Shown: positions 19,179 to 27,915 of the stretch, one piece after another
Numbering within the stretch: position 1 is the first letter of the stretch
Layout of the letters: each line of letters begins with the position of its first letter
Source: an uncultured Gemmatimonadales bacterium
GTDB taxonomy: Bacteria; Gemmatimonadota; Gemmatimonadetes; Gemmatimonadales; GWC2-71-9
DNA: 64,000 nucleotides
NCBI GenBank assembly: GCA_963828735.1
Contig: CAWHFW010000005.1
Span: forward strand, 1,984,001 to 2,048,000
Direction: 5' to 3'
Notes under the pieces: generated by a model
What the model was told of the DNA's origin: nothing
The model's database searches: none
The model's input: only the letters and a program-made list of their open reading frames with translations
Made by a program: the position numbers and the translations under genes

Positions 19179-21877
19179 CGCGTGCCCTCGACCAGTTTCT
19201 GGAAGCGGGGGTTCTTGCGGAGCGGGTCGAACGCGGGGTCGATCTTGAGCCATGCGGGCGAGAGGTAGTACGGAATCTTGAGCAGCGGCTCGAGCTGGTC
19301 GAGCGCCTTGTCCGGCTCGCCGACCAGGATGTAGATCCGCGCGAGCTGGTGCTGGATGTAGGCGCCCTGATACGCGTCCTTCGAGATCGGCAGCTTCTCG
19401 ACCGCGAGCTTGCCCTGGCGAATCGCGTCGTCTCTGCGCCCAGCGTACGCGAGCACCGTCCCCTGCAGGACATACAGCTGCGGGTTGTCCGGCGTCGCCT
19501 TGATCTGCTCCTCGAACGCCGACACCGCCGAGTCCGCGTAGGCGTGTGCCCGGCCATGGTCGCCCCGAAGCGCGTACGTGGCCGCGAGGGCGCTGCCCCA
19601 CGCGCCGCGATCGTCGTCGAACGCCGACGGCGGGAGGCGGAGCAGCAGCCGCTGCTGGTTGTCGTCGAGCACCCAGAACAGATCCCAGTAGGTCGCAAGG
19701 TTCGCGACGAGGGTCGTCGGTTCGACCTCCGCTGGAACCTTGCGGATCACGTCGCGCGCGCCGGCAAGGTCGCCTTGCGCGAGACGGACCATGGCTCTGC
19801 CCGTGTACAGCAGCAGCGTGGCGGGGGAGATGGTCAGCCCGCGAGCGAATGCGGCATCCGCCTCCGGGTAGCGCCGGAGCCAGAGCAGGGCGATGCCCTG
19901 GCGGCGGGCGTTGAGTACCGAGCGTGGATCGACGGCGTTGGCCTTGGTGTAGCGCTCGGCGGAGGCCTGCCAGTGCCCGAGGCTCTGCTCTACCCGGCCG
20001 GTGGCGCTCAGCAGCTCCGCGTTGTCGGGTGCCTTCTCGAGCCCGAGCTCGTACGCCGTGAGCGCCGCGGTCGCATCGCTGCGAACGAATTGCTGGTAGT
20101 CTCCGAGGGCGAGCTGGATCTCCGGACGTTCAGGGGCCAACCGTCGGGCGCGCTCCGCGGCGTCCCGTGTCGCGTCGGCACCCTCAGGCGTCGGCGTGCC
20201 CACGTTGTAGAAGGAAGAGTGCGCCCGCGAGAGCTGCACCCAGGCCTGAGTGAACGCCGAGTCGAGCGCTACCGCCTGGCCGTAGTAGTCGATGGCGCGA
20301 CGGATCGCCCGCGGGTCGGCGACCGCGAGTCCTTGGCCGGCCTCCTCACCCTTGAGGAATGCCTCGTACGCCGCGATGTTCTCGGTCGGCTTCTCCGCCA
20401 GCGTCTTCTTCTGCGGCGCGCCCAGCGCCACGTCCAGCGCCTCGGCGACCCGCCCCGCGATGTCGGCCTGCACCTGGAACACGTCGGTGATCGAGGCGTC
20501 GAACGGCTGCTGCCAGGTGGTCGCGGCCGAGCCGACCTGGATCAGCTCGGGACTCACGCGGACGCGATTGCCGGCGGATCCCTTTTCCCATCGCACAGTG
20601 CCGGTAAGCAGGTAATCCACCCCCAGCTCCCGCCCGATCTCCTGTGGCGACTTGCTGGTCTTCTTGTACTGCCCCGAGCTGCTGCGCGCGATCACCTGAA
20701 GCCCGGCAAGCGACGCCAGCTTGCCGCGCACCTCGTCGGTCACGCCGTCCGCGAAATACTCGTCCTCCGCGGCGCCCAGGTTCTCGAACGGCAGCACCGC
20801 GAGTCGCTTGGTGCCGGCCGGCGCCTCGTCGGCGCGCCCGTGCGAGTGGAGCCAGCCGAACAGCACGCCCAGCCCGAGCACGAAGCCGATCGCCAGCGCG
20901 GCCGTGACGGGGAACCGTCTGTGCCGCGGGCGCACCGGTTGCGTCGTGGTCGGAGCCGCGGCCGGCACGGAAGGCATGGCCGGGGCGGACGTCGTGCGCG
21001 GCGGCTCCGCCGCTCGGATTCCCGACTCCCCCTCGGCGAGGGCCCGCTCGAACTCTCCCGCGCTGCCGAACCGGTCCGCCGGCGACTTGGCGAGCGCGCG
21101 CGCGACCGCCCGCTCGACGCCCACGGGCACGGTCTCCCGACCCTCGCGCAGCGCGCGGGGCGTCTCGGTGAACCGCCGCGCCATGATGGCCTGGGCGGTG
21201 GGTCCGGTGAACGGCGGCTCGCCGGCGAGCATCTCGTACACCACGCAGCCCAGCGAGTAGATGTCGCTCCGATGGTCGATCGCCCGCTCGCCCGCCGCCT
21301 GCTCGGGGCTCATGTAGGCGGGCGTGCCGAGCGTGGTGCCGGTCTCCGTGAGCTGACTCTCGGTCGGTCCGGCCAGCGCGCGGGCGATCCCGAAGTCGGC
21401 CACCAGCGCGTGGTTGGCGGAGAGCAGGATGTTCTCCGGCTTGATGTCGCGGTGGACGATGCCGTGTCGGTGCGCGTACTCGAGCGCGTCTGCTGCCTCG
21501 CGCCCGATCCGGAGCGCGTCCTCGAGGGGCAGCTGCCGCTCGCGCACCAGCCGGTCGCGCAGCGACTCGCCGTCGACGAACGGCATCGCGAACCAGAGCA
21601 CGGGCGGCGTGGACGCGTCGCCGGGCACCTCACCCGAGTCGTGGATCGAGAGGATGTGGGGATGCTGGAGGCGGGCCGCCAAGCGGATCTCGCGCTGAAA
21701 CCGCTCGGGGCCCATCGAGGCGGCGAGCTCCGAGTGCAGGACCTTGAGCGCCACCGGCCGGTCGTGCCGGAGGTCGTGCGCCAGGTAAACGGTGGCCATG
21801 CCCCCACGCCCCAGCTCCCGCTCGACCCGATACCGGTCGGCGAGTGCGGTCTGGAGCGCGGTGCGGAGATCGGCCAC
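19175..21877 (-). CDS. Ser/Thr kinase - TM - TolB_N-like - TPR (array paralogue 2)
   Basis: 900 aa; intact kinase motifs [13 protein letters not shown] helix, LAVLPFENLG, TPRs, end DPAFDPLRKNPRF. Confidence 0.95.
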   Translation of the reverse strand: MADLRTALQTALADRYRVERELGRGGMATVYLAHDLRHDRPVALKVLHSELAASMGPERFQREIRLAARLQHPHILSIHDSGEVPGDASTPPVLWFAMPFVDGESLRDRLVRERQLPLEDALRIGREAADALEYAHRHGIVHRDIKPENILLSANHALVADFGIARALAGPTESQLTETGTTLGTPAYMSPEQAAGERAIDHRSDIYSLGCVVYEMLAGEPPFTGPTAQAIMARRFTETPRALREGRETVPVGVERAVARALAKSPADRFGSAGEFERALAEGESGIRAAEPPRTTSAPAMPSVPAAAPTTTQPVRPRHRRFPVTAALAIGFVLGLGVLFGWLHSHGRADEAPAGTKRLAVLPFENLGAAEDEYFADGVTDEVRGKLASLAGLQVIARSSSGQYKKTSKSPQEIGRELGVDYLLTGTVRWEKGSAGNRVRVSPELIQVGSAATTWQQPFDASITDVFQVQADIAGRVAEALDVALGAPQKKTLAEKPTENIAAYEAFLKGEEAGQGLAVADPRAIRRAIDYYGQAVALDSAFTQAWVQLSRAHSSFYNVGTPTPEGADATRDAAERARRLAPERPEIQLALGDYQQFVRSDATAALTAYELGLEKAPDNAELLSATGRVEQSLGHWQASAERYTKANAVDPRSVLNARRQGIALLWLRRYPEADAAFARGLTISPATLLLYTGRAMVRLAQGDLAGARDVIRKVPAEVEPTTLVANLATYWDLFWVLDDNQQRLLLRLPPSAFDDDRGAWGSALAATYALRGDHGRAHAYADSAVSAFEEQIKATPDNPQLYVLQGTVLAYAGRRDDAIRQGKLAVEKLPISKDAYQGAYIQHQLARIYILVGEPDKALDQLEPLLKIPYYLSPAWLKIDPAFDPLRKNPRFQKLVEGTR

Positions 21878-21882
21878 GGTCC

Positions 21883-22410
21883 CTATTTCTCGATCGGCTT
21901 GAACGAGAACTTCTGCCCGCCCACCGACGCCTCGTACATGAGCCCGCCCTTCGCCATCGTGACGATGGCCACGCCGTTCCGGTAGGCGAGGTCCGCCGAC
22001 GCGCGGGCCGTGACCGCGATGGCCGAGGCCTGCGCGTCGAGCTTGAGATGCCCGAGCTTGAAGTTGTCCAGCGCCTGTTTGGTCTGGAAGAATACGATCT
22101 CGCTGTACGCCTGCCCGCCGAACTGGAAGCCGACGGTCACCTGGGTGAGGCTCGACTTGCCGATCAGCTTGCCACCGTGATACACCCAGCCGTTGCCGTG
22201 CGCGCCGCCGATGCCGAGGCCGCCCTTGCCGACGGTGGGGTAGACGGCGTAGCCGACCGCATCGGCGAAGATCTTCTCCATGCCGGGGTCCTTCGCCTTG
22301 ACCTTGGCGATGACGGGCGGGACGTCGTCCTGCGCCCGCGCGACGGCTGGGGCGGCGGCGACAAGCGCGACTGTGAACATCGACGTGGTGAGCCAGAGCA
22401 TCAGCCGCAT
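21883..22410 (-). CDS. Exported lipid-binding SYLF/Ysc84-like domain protein
   Basis: Signal peptide (AVARA-Q); AVGYAVYPTVGKGGLGIGGAHGNG, GFQFGGQ, GGLMYEASVGGQKFSF. Confidence 0.85.
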   Translation of the reverse strand: MRLMLWLTTSMFTVALVAAAPAVARAQDDVPPVIAKVKAKDPGMEKIFADAVGYAVYPTVGKGGLGIGGAHGNGWVYHGGKLIGKSSLTQVTVGFQFGGQAYSEIVFFQTKQALDNFKLGHLKLDAQASAIAVTARASADLAYRNGVAIVTMAKGGLMYEASVGGQKFSFKPIEK

Positions 22411-22411
22411 A

Positions 22412-25081
22412 TCAGGTGCTCACCGGGCCTTCCACCAGCTTCTGGAACCGCGGATTCTTCCGCAGCGGATCGAACGTCGGATCCACCTTGAGCCAGCCGG
22501 GCGACAGATAGAACGGGATCTTGAGCAGTGGCTCGAGCCGGTCGAGCGCCTTGTCCTGCTCGCCAGCGAGAATGTAGATCCGTACCAGCTGCAGCTGATT
22601 GTACGGGCCGCCGTAGGCATCACTCGAGATCGGCGTCAGGGCTAGACCTCGCTCGCCTTCCCGAATCGCGTCGGCCCTCCGGCCCATGTATGCCAGCGCC
22701 ACACCGAGCAATGCGTGGCTCTGCGCATCATTGGGTGTGACCTTCACGATCTCCTCGAAGGCCTGGCGCGCAGAGTCGGCGTACGCCCGGGCGCGCGCCT
22801 GGTCACCACGAAGGGCGTAGGTCCCGGCGAGCGCCAGCCCCCAGGTGCTCCGGTTGTCGTCGAACTGTCTCGGTGTGAGCCTGAGCAGCAGGTCCTGCTG
22901 CGACTTCGTGAGGACCCAGTATAGATCCCAGTAGTTCGCCATGAACGACACCAGGGCGATCGGCTCGGCTTTCCCGGCCGCCGCGATCGCCTGCGCACCG
23001 GCGAGATCACCCTGGGCCAGCTGCACCATCATCCGGTTCTGCAGCAGGCTCAAGTTCCCGGGCGCAATCGCGAGCCCGCGCTCGCTGGCGTCGCGCGCCT
23101 CGGGGTAGCGCTGGAGCCACAGGAGCGTCCGGGCGAGGCGCCGCGCCGGGAGGGCGGAGCGCGGGTCGATCGTCATCGCCCGCCGGAAGTACACCAGTGC
23201 CGAGTCGGCGTGCCCGAGGCTCTGCTGGACGATACCGGTCATGGTGATCAGGTCGGCATTGGCCGGTGCCTGCCGCAGGCCGGCTCCGTACTCTTCCCCC
23301 GCGCGAGTGTAATCGTTCAGGACAAAGTTGTAGTAGTCCCCGAGCGCGAGGTGCGCCTGGACGCCGTCGGGCGCGCTCGCCGCCGCCCGTTGCGCAGCCG
23401 TGAGCGCGGCGGCGGCGGCGCCGCCACCCGTCGACCCGTTGTAGTACAGGATGGAATGGGTTCGCGAGAGTTGGGTCCATGCGGCGGCGAAGGTCGAGTC
23501 CAGCGCCACGGCCTGCTCATAGTAATCCATCGCCTGCCGCAGCTTGCCCGGGTCACTATCGCCCAATCGTTGCCCTGCCTCCTCGCCCTTCAGGAACGCG
23601 TCGTAGGCCTCCAGGTTCTGGGTCGGCTTCTGCGCCAGCGCCTGACGCTCGCCCGCGCCCAGCGCCACGTTGAGCGCCTCGGCCACGTTGCCCGCGATGT
23701 CGGCCTGGACTTGGAACACGTCGGTGATGGCGGCATTGAACGGCTGCTGCCAGCGGGCGGTGCCGGTCGAGACCTGGATCAGCTCGGGGCTCACCTGCAC
23801 TCGGCTGGTCCCGTCGCTCTTTTCCCAGCGGACCTTGCCGACCACCAGGTACTGGACGCCAAGCTCCTGGCCGATCTGCTGGGGCGTCTTCGACGTGCCC
23901 TTGTACTGGCTGGAGCTGTTGGAGGCGATGACCTCGAGCCCGGGAAGGCCGGTCAGCTTGCCGCGCACAGCGTCGGTCACGCCGTCGGCGAAGTACTCCT
24001 GGTCCGGGCTGCCCACGTTCTCGAACGGCAGCACGGCGACGTACTTGGGGCCCTTGCCCGTGTCCTCGACCGTCCGGTGGCTGCGCTGCCAGAGCAGCAT
24101 GCCCATCGTGGCCGTGACCAGGAGGCCAAGCACGAAGGCGAGCGCGGCGGGCACCCGACGGTGCGGGTGGCGCGAAACTGCGGGAATCGAGACGGTGAGC
24201 GGGGGCGCCGGGGCGGCCGCCGGTGCTGCCGGCGAGGTGGCGGTCCTCGGCCCCGTCTCGAGCGCGCGCGCGAACTCGGCCGCGGTAGTGAACCGGTCCG
24301 CCGGCGCCTTCGCCAGGGCCGTGGCCAGCGCATGCTCGACCGGCTCGGGCACGGTCTCGCGAAGCTCGCGAATGGGACGCGGCGCCTCCATGAGCCGCCG
24401 CGCAATCATCGCCTGCGGCGTGGGTGCGGCGAACGGCACGTCGCCGGCCAGCATCTCGTAGAGGACGAGACCCAGGCTGTAGACGTCGGTGCGCGCATCC
24501 ACGTCCCGCGCGCCGCCTGCCTGCTCCGGGCTCATGTACGCCGGCGTGCCCACCGCGAGCCCGGTATTGGTCAGCCGGTCGGTCGATTCGCCTAGCGCCC
24601 GCGCGATACCGAAGTCCGCGACCAGCGCATGCCCTTCCGACACCAGGATGTTCTCCGGCTTGATGTCGCGGTGGATCACGCCGTGGCGATGGGCGTAGTC
24701 CAGGGCGTCCGCCGCCTCGCGCGTGATCCGGAGCGCCACCTCCACCGGCAGCTGTTTCTCGCGGTCCAGCTTCGCCCGCAGCGACTCCCCCTCGACGAAC
24801 GGCATCGTGAACCAGAGCCGGCCGTCGGTCTCGCCCGAGTCGTATACGGAGAGGACGTGAGGGTGCTGGAGCCGCGCGGCCAGCCGGATCTCGCGCTGGA
24901 ACCGTTCCGGCCCCATGCTCGCCGCCAGCTCGGGGTGGAGAACCTTGAGCGCCACCGGCCGGTCGTGCTTGAGGTCCTGCGCCAGGAAAACCGTGGCCAT
25001 GCCGCCGCGCCCGAGCTCGCGCTCGATTCGGTAGCGCTCCGCCAGGCCGCGCTGGAGCTGCGCGCGCAGGATGGCGCTCAC
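22412..25081 (-). CDS. Ser/Thr kinase - TM - TolB_N-like - TPR (array paralogue 3)
   Basis: C-terminal 889 aa of the 1685-aa track ORF, from GTG 25081 (GTGA overlap with the EAL gene stop); all kinase motifs, TM, VAVLPFENVG, TPRs. Confidence 0.93.
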   Translation of the reverse strand: MSAILRAQLQRGLAERYRIERELGRGGMATVFLAQDLKHDRPVALKVLHPELAASMGPERFQREIRLAARLQHPHVLSVYDSGETDGRLWFTMPFVEGESLRAKLDREKQLPVEVALRITREAADALDYAHRHGVIHRDIKPENILVSEGHALVADFGIARALGESTDRLTNTGLAVGTPAYMSPEQAGGARDVDARTDVYSLGLVLYEMLAGDVPFAAPTPQAMIARRLMEAPRPIRELRETVPEPVEHALATALAKAPADRFTTAAEFARALETGPRTATSPAAPAAAPAPPLTVSIPAVSRHPHRRVPAALAFVLGLLVTATMGMLLWQRSHRTVEDTGKGPKYVAVLPFENVGSPDQEYFADGVTDAVRGKLTGLPGLEVIASNSSSQYKGTSKTPQQIGQELGVQYLVVGKVRWEKSDGTSRVQVSPELIQVSTGTARWQQPFNAAITDVFQVQADIAGNVAEALNVALGAGERQALAQKPTQNLEAYDAFLKGEEAGQRLGDSDPGKLRQAMDYYEQAVALDSTFAAAWTQLSRTHSILYYNGSTGGGAAAAALTAAQRAAASAPDGVQAHLALGDYYNFVLNDYTRAGEEYGAGLRQAPANADLITMTGIVQQSLGHADSALVYFRRAMTIDPRSALPARRLARTLLWLQRYPEARDASERGLAIAPGNLSLLQNRMMVQLAQGDLAGAQAIAAAGKAEPIALVSFMANYWDLYWVLTKSQQDLLLRLTPRQFDDNRSTWGLALAGTYALRGDQARARAYADSARQAFEEIVKVTPNDAQSHALLGVALAYMGRRADAIREGERGLALTPISSDAYGGPYNQLQLVRIYILAGEQDKALDRLEPLLKIPFYLSPGWLKVDPTFDPLRKNPRFQKLVEGPVST

Positions 25082-27864
25082 GCGCTGTCCTCGACCAGCC
25101 GGAGCCGCGGGAACCGGTCCGTCGAGAGCAGCTCCTCGATCGCCGCCGCCGACAGCGCCGGCCAGAAGTGGTGCCCCTGGCCCAGGGTGCAGCCCAGCTC
25201 GATCAGCGCCGCCCGCTGCTCCGCCCGCTCGATCCCCTCGGCGATCGTCTGGAGCTTGAGCGTGTCGCCCAGGCCGACGATCGCGCGAGCGAGCGCCGAG
25301 CGGTCCGCGCCCTGGCCCACTTCCTCGACGAACGGCTTGGCGATCTTGAGGATGTCGATCGGGAACCGCTGCAAGTAGCTGAGCGACGAGTAGCCGGTCC
25401 CGAAGTCGTCGATCGCGAGCCGCACCCCGAACGCCTTGAGCTGCTGCAGCCGCTCGAGCACCGCGTCGGTCTGCTGCATCAGCACGCTCTCGGTGATCTC
25501 GAGCACGACCGACGACGGCTCGACGCCGGACGACGTGAGCGTCTGCCTGAGCGCGTCGACCAGTCCCGAGCCCTGGAGCTGGCGGCCCGAGATGTTGACC
25601 GAGATGCCGAGCGGCAGCTCCGGGTGCGCCGCGCGCCAGACCTGGAGCTGCCGGCACGCCTCGCCCAGCACCCAGGCGCCGAGCTGCACGATGAGGCCGG
25701 TCTCCTCGGCGAGCGGAATGAAGTGCTGCGGCAGGAGCCGCCCGAACTGCGGGTGCTCCCAGCGCAGCAGCGCCTCGACGCCGCAGATCCCGCCGCTCTG
25801 GAGGTTGACGATCGGCTGGTAGAACAGCGTGAGCTGGTTGGTCTCGATCGCGCTCCGGAGCGCGGCCTCGAGGTCCAGCCGCTCGCGGATGTCGGCGTAC
25901 ATGCGCGACTCGTAGGTCGCCGCGCGGCCCTTGCCGTGGCGCTTGGCGGCGTACATCGCCATGTCGGCGTTCCGGAGCAGGTCGTCCGCCGTGTCGTCGG
26001 TCGACGCCGTGGCCACGCCGATGCTGGCCGTCACACGGAGCTGGTTGCCGCTGAGCGAGAACGGGTGCGACATCGCGGCGGACAGCCGGTCGGGCAACCC
26101 CTCGCGCCCGTCCGCGCCCTCGATCAGGATCGCGAACTCGTCGCCGCCGAGCCGCGCCACGGTGTCGGCGCTTCGCGCGCACGCCAGGAAGCGCTCCGCC
26201 GCGGCGATGAGCAGCCGGTCGCCCTCGGCGTGGCCCAGGCTGTCGTTCACCGTCTTGAAGTCGTCGAGATCCAGGAACAGCACCGTGACCGGGTTGCCGC
26301 GGCGATGCGCCAGGGCCAGCGCGTGGCTCACCCGGTCCCGGAACAGCGCGCGGTTGGCGAGCCCGGTGAGCGGGTCGTGGAACGCCTGGTGGATGAGCTG
26401 CTCCTCCAGCCGGCGCCGCTCGCTCACGTCGCGGGTGTTGAGCACGATGCCCTTCACCGTCGAGTCGTGCAGCAGGTTCGTCGCGAGGATCTCCGCGTTG
26501 AGCCAGGAGCCGTCCGACTGACGGAACCGCCACTCGACCGGGCCGGTCACCCCGGGCGCCTTCGCGGCGTCGCGGAAGAAGGCCGTGGCGCGCTCGCGAT
26601 CCTCGGGGTGCAGCAGGTCGGTGAGCGTTTGCCGCACCATCCCCGCCGGATCGTAGCCGAAGACCCGCGACGCCGACGGGCTCACGAACCGGATGGTGCC
26701 GTCCGGCCGGGTGACGAGGATGACGTCGGACGAGTGCTGCACCAGCGAGCGGAACCGCGCCTCGTTCTGCCGCGCGGCGTGCTCGGCCAGGAGCCGCACG
26801 TTCTCCCGCACCGTGAGGAGCTGGCGCAGCACCACCAGCGCGGTCACCAGCAAGGCGCCGATCGCGAGCCCGCTGATCGGATCGGTCCACGGGTGGAGCA
26901 CCACGAACAGGAGCAGCGCGTACGTCGTCGCGACCGCGAGGTAGGGCAGGGGGCTGATCGGCTGGAATCGGGTGAGCGGCACCGAGGACGTCGTCCGGCG
27001 CGCCACGGGCCGGCGCCAGTACAGCTCGGCGCTCCCGATCAGCATCACGTAGCAGATGAGGAAGACCGCGTCGGCCCAGCTCGCGCTCCGGCCGCCGGCC
27101 TCGAGCTGCACCAGGTTGAACGTGAGGTCCGCGACCACGCCCACCGACACGCCCGTCACCAGCAGGCCGAACGCGACCCGGTTCCCGTCGATCGGCCGGC
27201 GGAGCAGCACGGTCGTCACGCCCAGCAGGACGAGCATGCTCACCAGCGGATAGGCAAACGCCAGCAGCGTGACGACGACGCTGCTCTCCTGCGAGGCCGC
27301 CGTTGGCCGCACGGAGAAGTACCAGATGGCCACCGCGCCGCCCACGAGCACCATGGCCGCGTCGAGCAGGAATTTCCACCGCTCGAGCCGGGTCCGGCGC
27401 GCGAGCGGGAACGAGAGTAGTGCGACGAGGGTCAGCAGCGAGTCGGTCAGGTAGAACGGGTCGGCCCACGAGACCGGCGGGTTCTCGTGCCGGGCGAGCA
27501 CGTACCAGGCCGAGATGACGTTGCCGGTGAAGACCATCAGGCCGCCGAGTGCCAGCAGCCGGAGTGCCCGCCGCACGCCGGGATCCAGGATCTCGCGTCG
27601 CGACGCCAGGGCGAACAGCGTCAACACCGTCAGGTTGAACGGCATGAACGCGACGTTGCCGACCAGGTCGCGGACCGCCGGGCTGCCCCAGTGGCCCTGC
27701 TCCCAGACGAAGTAGAGGGCCGCGTAGATGGCGGTCAGGAAGGCGATCGTGCCCACCGGAACGAGGCGGTGGTACGCGCCCGGGCCAGCCGAAACGGTCG
27801 CATTCTGCGGCTCGGTCGGAGCGGTCACGGCCCGATGGGGGTCAGACTGGCGTCGCTGGGGCAC
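25078..27864 (-). CDS. Membrane-bound PAS-GGDEF-EAL diguanylate cyclase/phosphodiesterase
   Basis: About 9 N-terminal TM helices, PAS (LLHPEDRE), HDPLTGLANR, DLDDFK, RLGGDEF, EALLRW, EITES, IDDFGTGYSSLSYL; start codon approximate. Confidence 0.95.
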   Translation of the reverse strand: MPQRRQSDPHRAVTAPTEPQNATVSAGPGAYHRLVPVGTIAFLTAIYAALYFVWEQGHWGSPAVRDLVGNVAFMPFNLTVLTLFALASRREILDPGVRRALRLLALGGLMVFTGNVISAWYVLARHENPPVSWADPFYLTDSLLTLVALLSFPLARRTRLERWKFLLDAAMVLVGGAVAIWYFSVRPTAASQESSVVVTLLAFAYPLVSMLVLLGVTTVLLRRPIDGNRVAFGLLVTGVSVGVVADLTFNLVQLEAGGRSASWADAVFLICYVMLIGSAELYWRRPVARRTTSSVPLTRFQPISPLPYLAVATTYALLLFVVLHPWTDPISGLAIGALLVTALVVLRQLLTVRENVRLLAEHAARQNEARFRSLVQHSSDVILVTRPDGTIRFVSPSASRVFGYDPAGMVRQTLTDLLHPEDRERATAFFRDAAKAPGVTGPVEWRFRQSDGSWLNAEILATNLLHDSTVKGIVLNTRDVSERRRLEEQLIHQAFHDPLTGLANRALFRDRVSHALALAHRRGNPVTVLFLDLDDFKTVNDSLGHAEGDRLLIAAAERFLACARSADTVARLGGDEFAILIEGADGREGLPDRLSAAMSHPFSLSGNQLRVTASIGVATASTDDTADDLLRNADMAMYAAKRHGKGRAATYESRMYADIRERLDLEAALRSAIETNQLTLFYQPIVNLQSGGICGVEALLRWEHPQFGRLLPQHFIPLAEETGLIVQLGAWVLGEACRQLQVWRAAHPELPLGISVNISGRQLQGSGLVDALRQTLTSSGVEPSSVVLEITESVLMQQTDAVLERLQQLKAFGVRLAIDDFGTGYSSLSYLQRFPIDILKIAKPFVEEVGQGADRSALARAIVGLGDTLKLQTIAEGIERAEQRAALIELGCTLGQGHHFWPALSAAAIEELLSTDRFPRLRLVEDSA

Positions 27865-27915
27865 GGACGGAGCTCGAAGGCAATGATGATGCCGTGTTGG
27901 GGTCTAGGTTGCCGC

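Noticed and set aside
22412..27469. 1685-aa ORF suggesting a large fusion kinase
   Set aside because: The N-terminal half is an alternate frame of the GGDEF-EAL gene; the kinase starts at GTG 25081.
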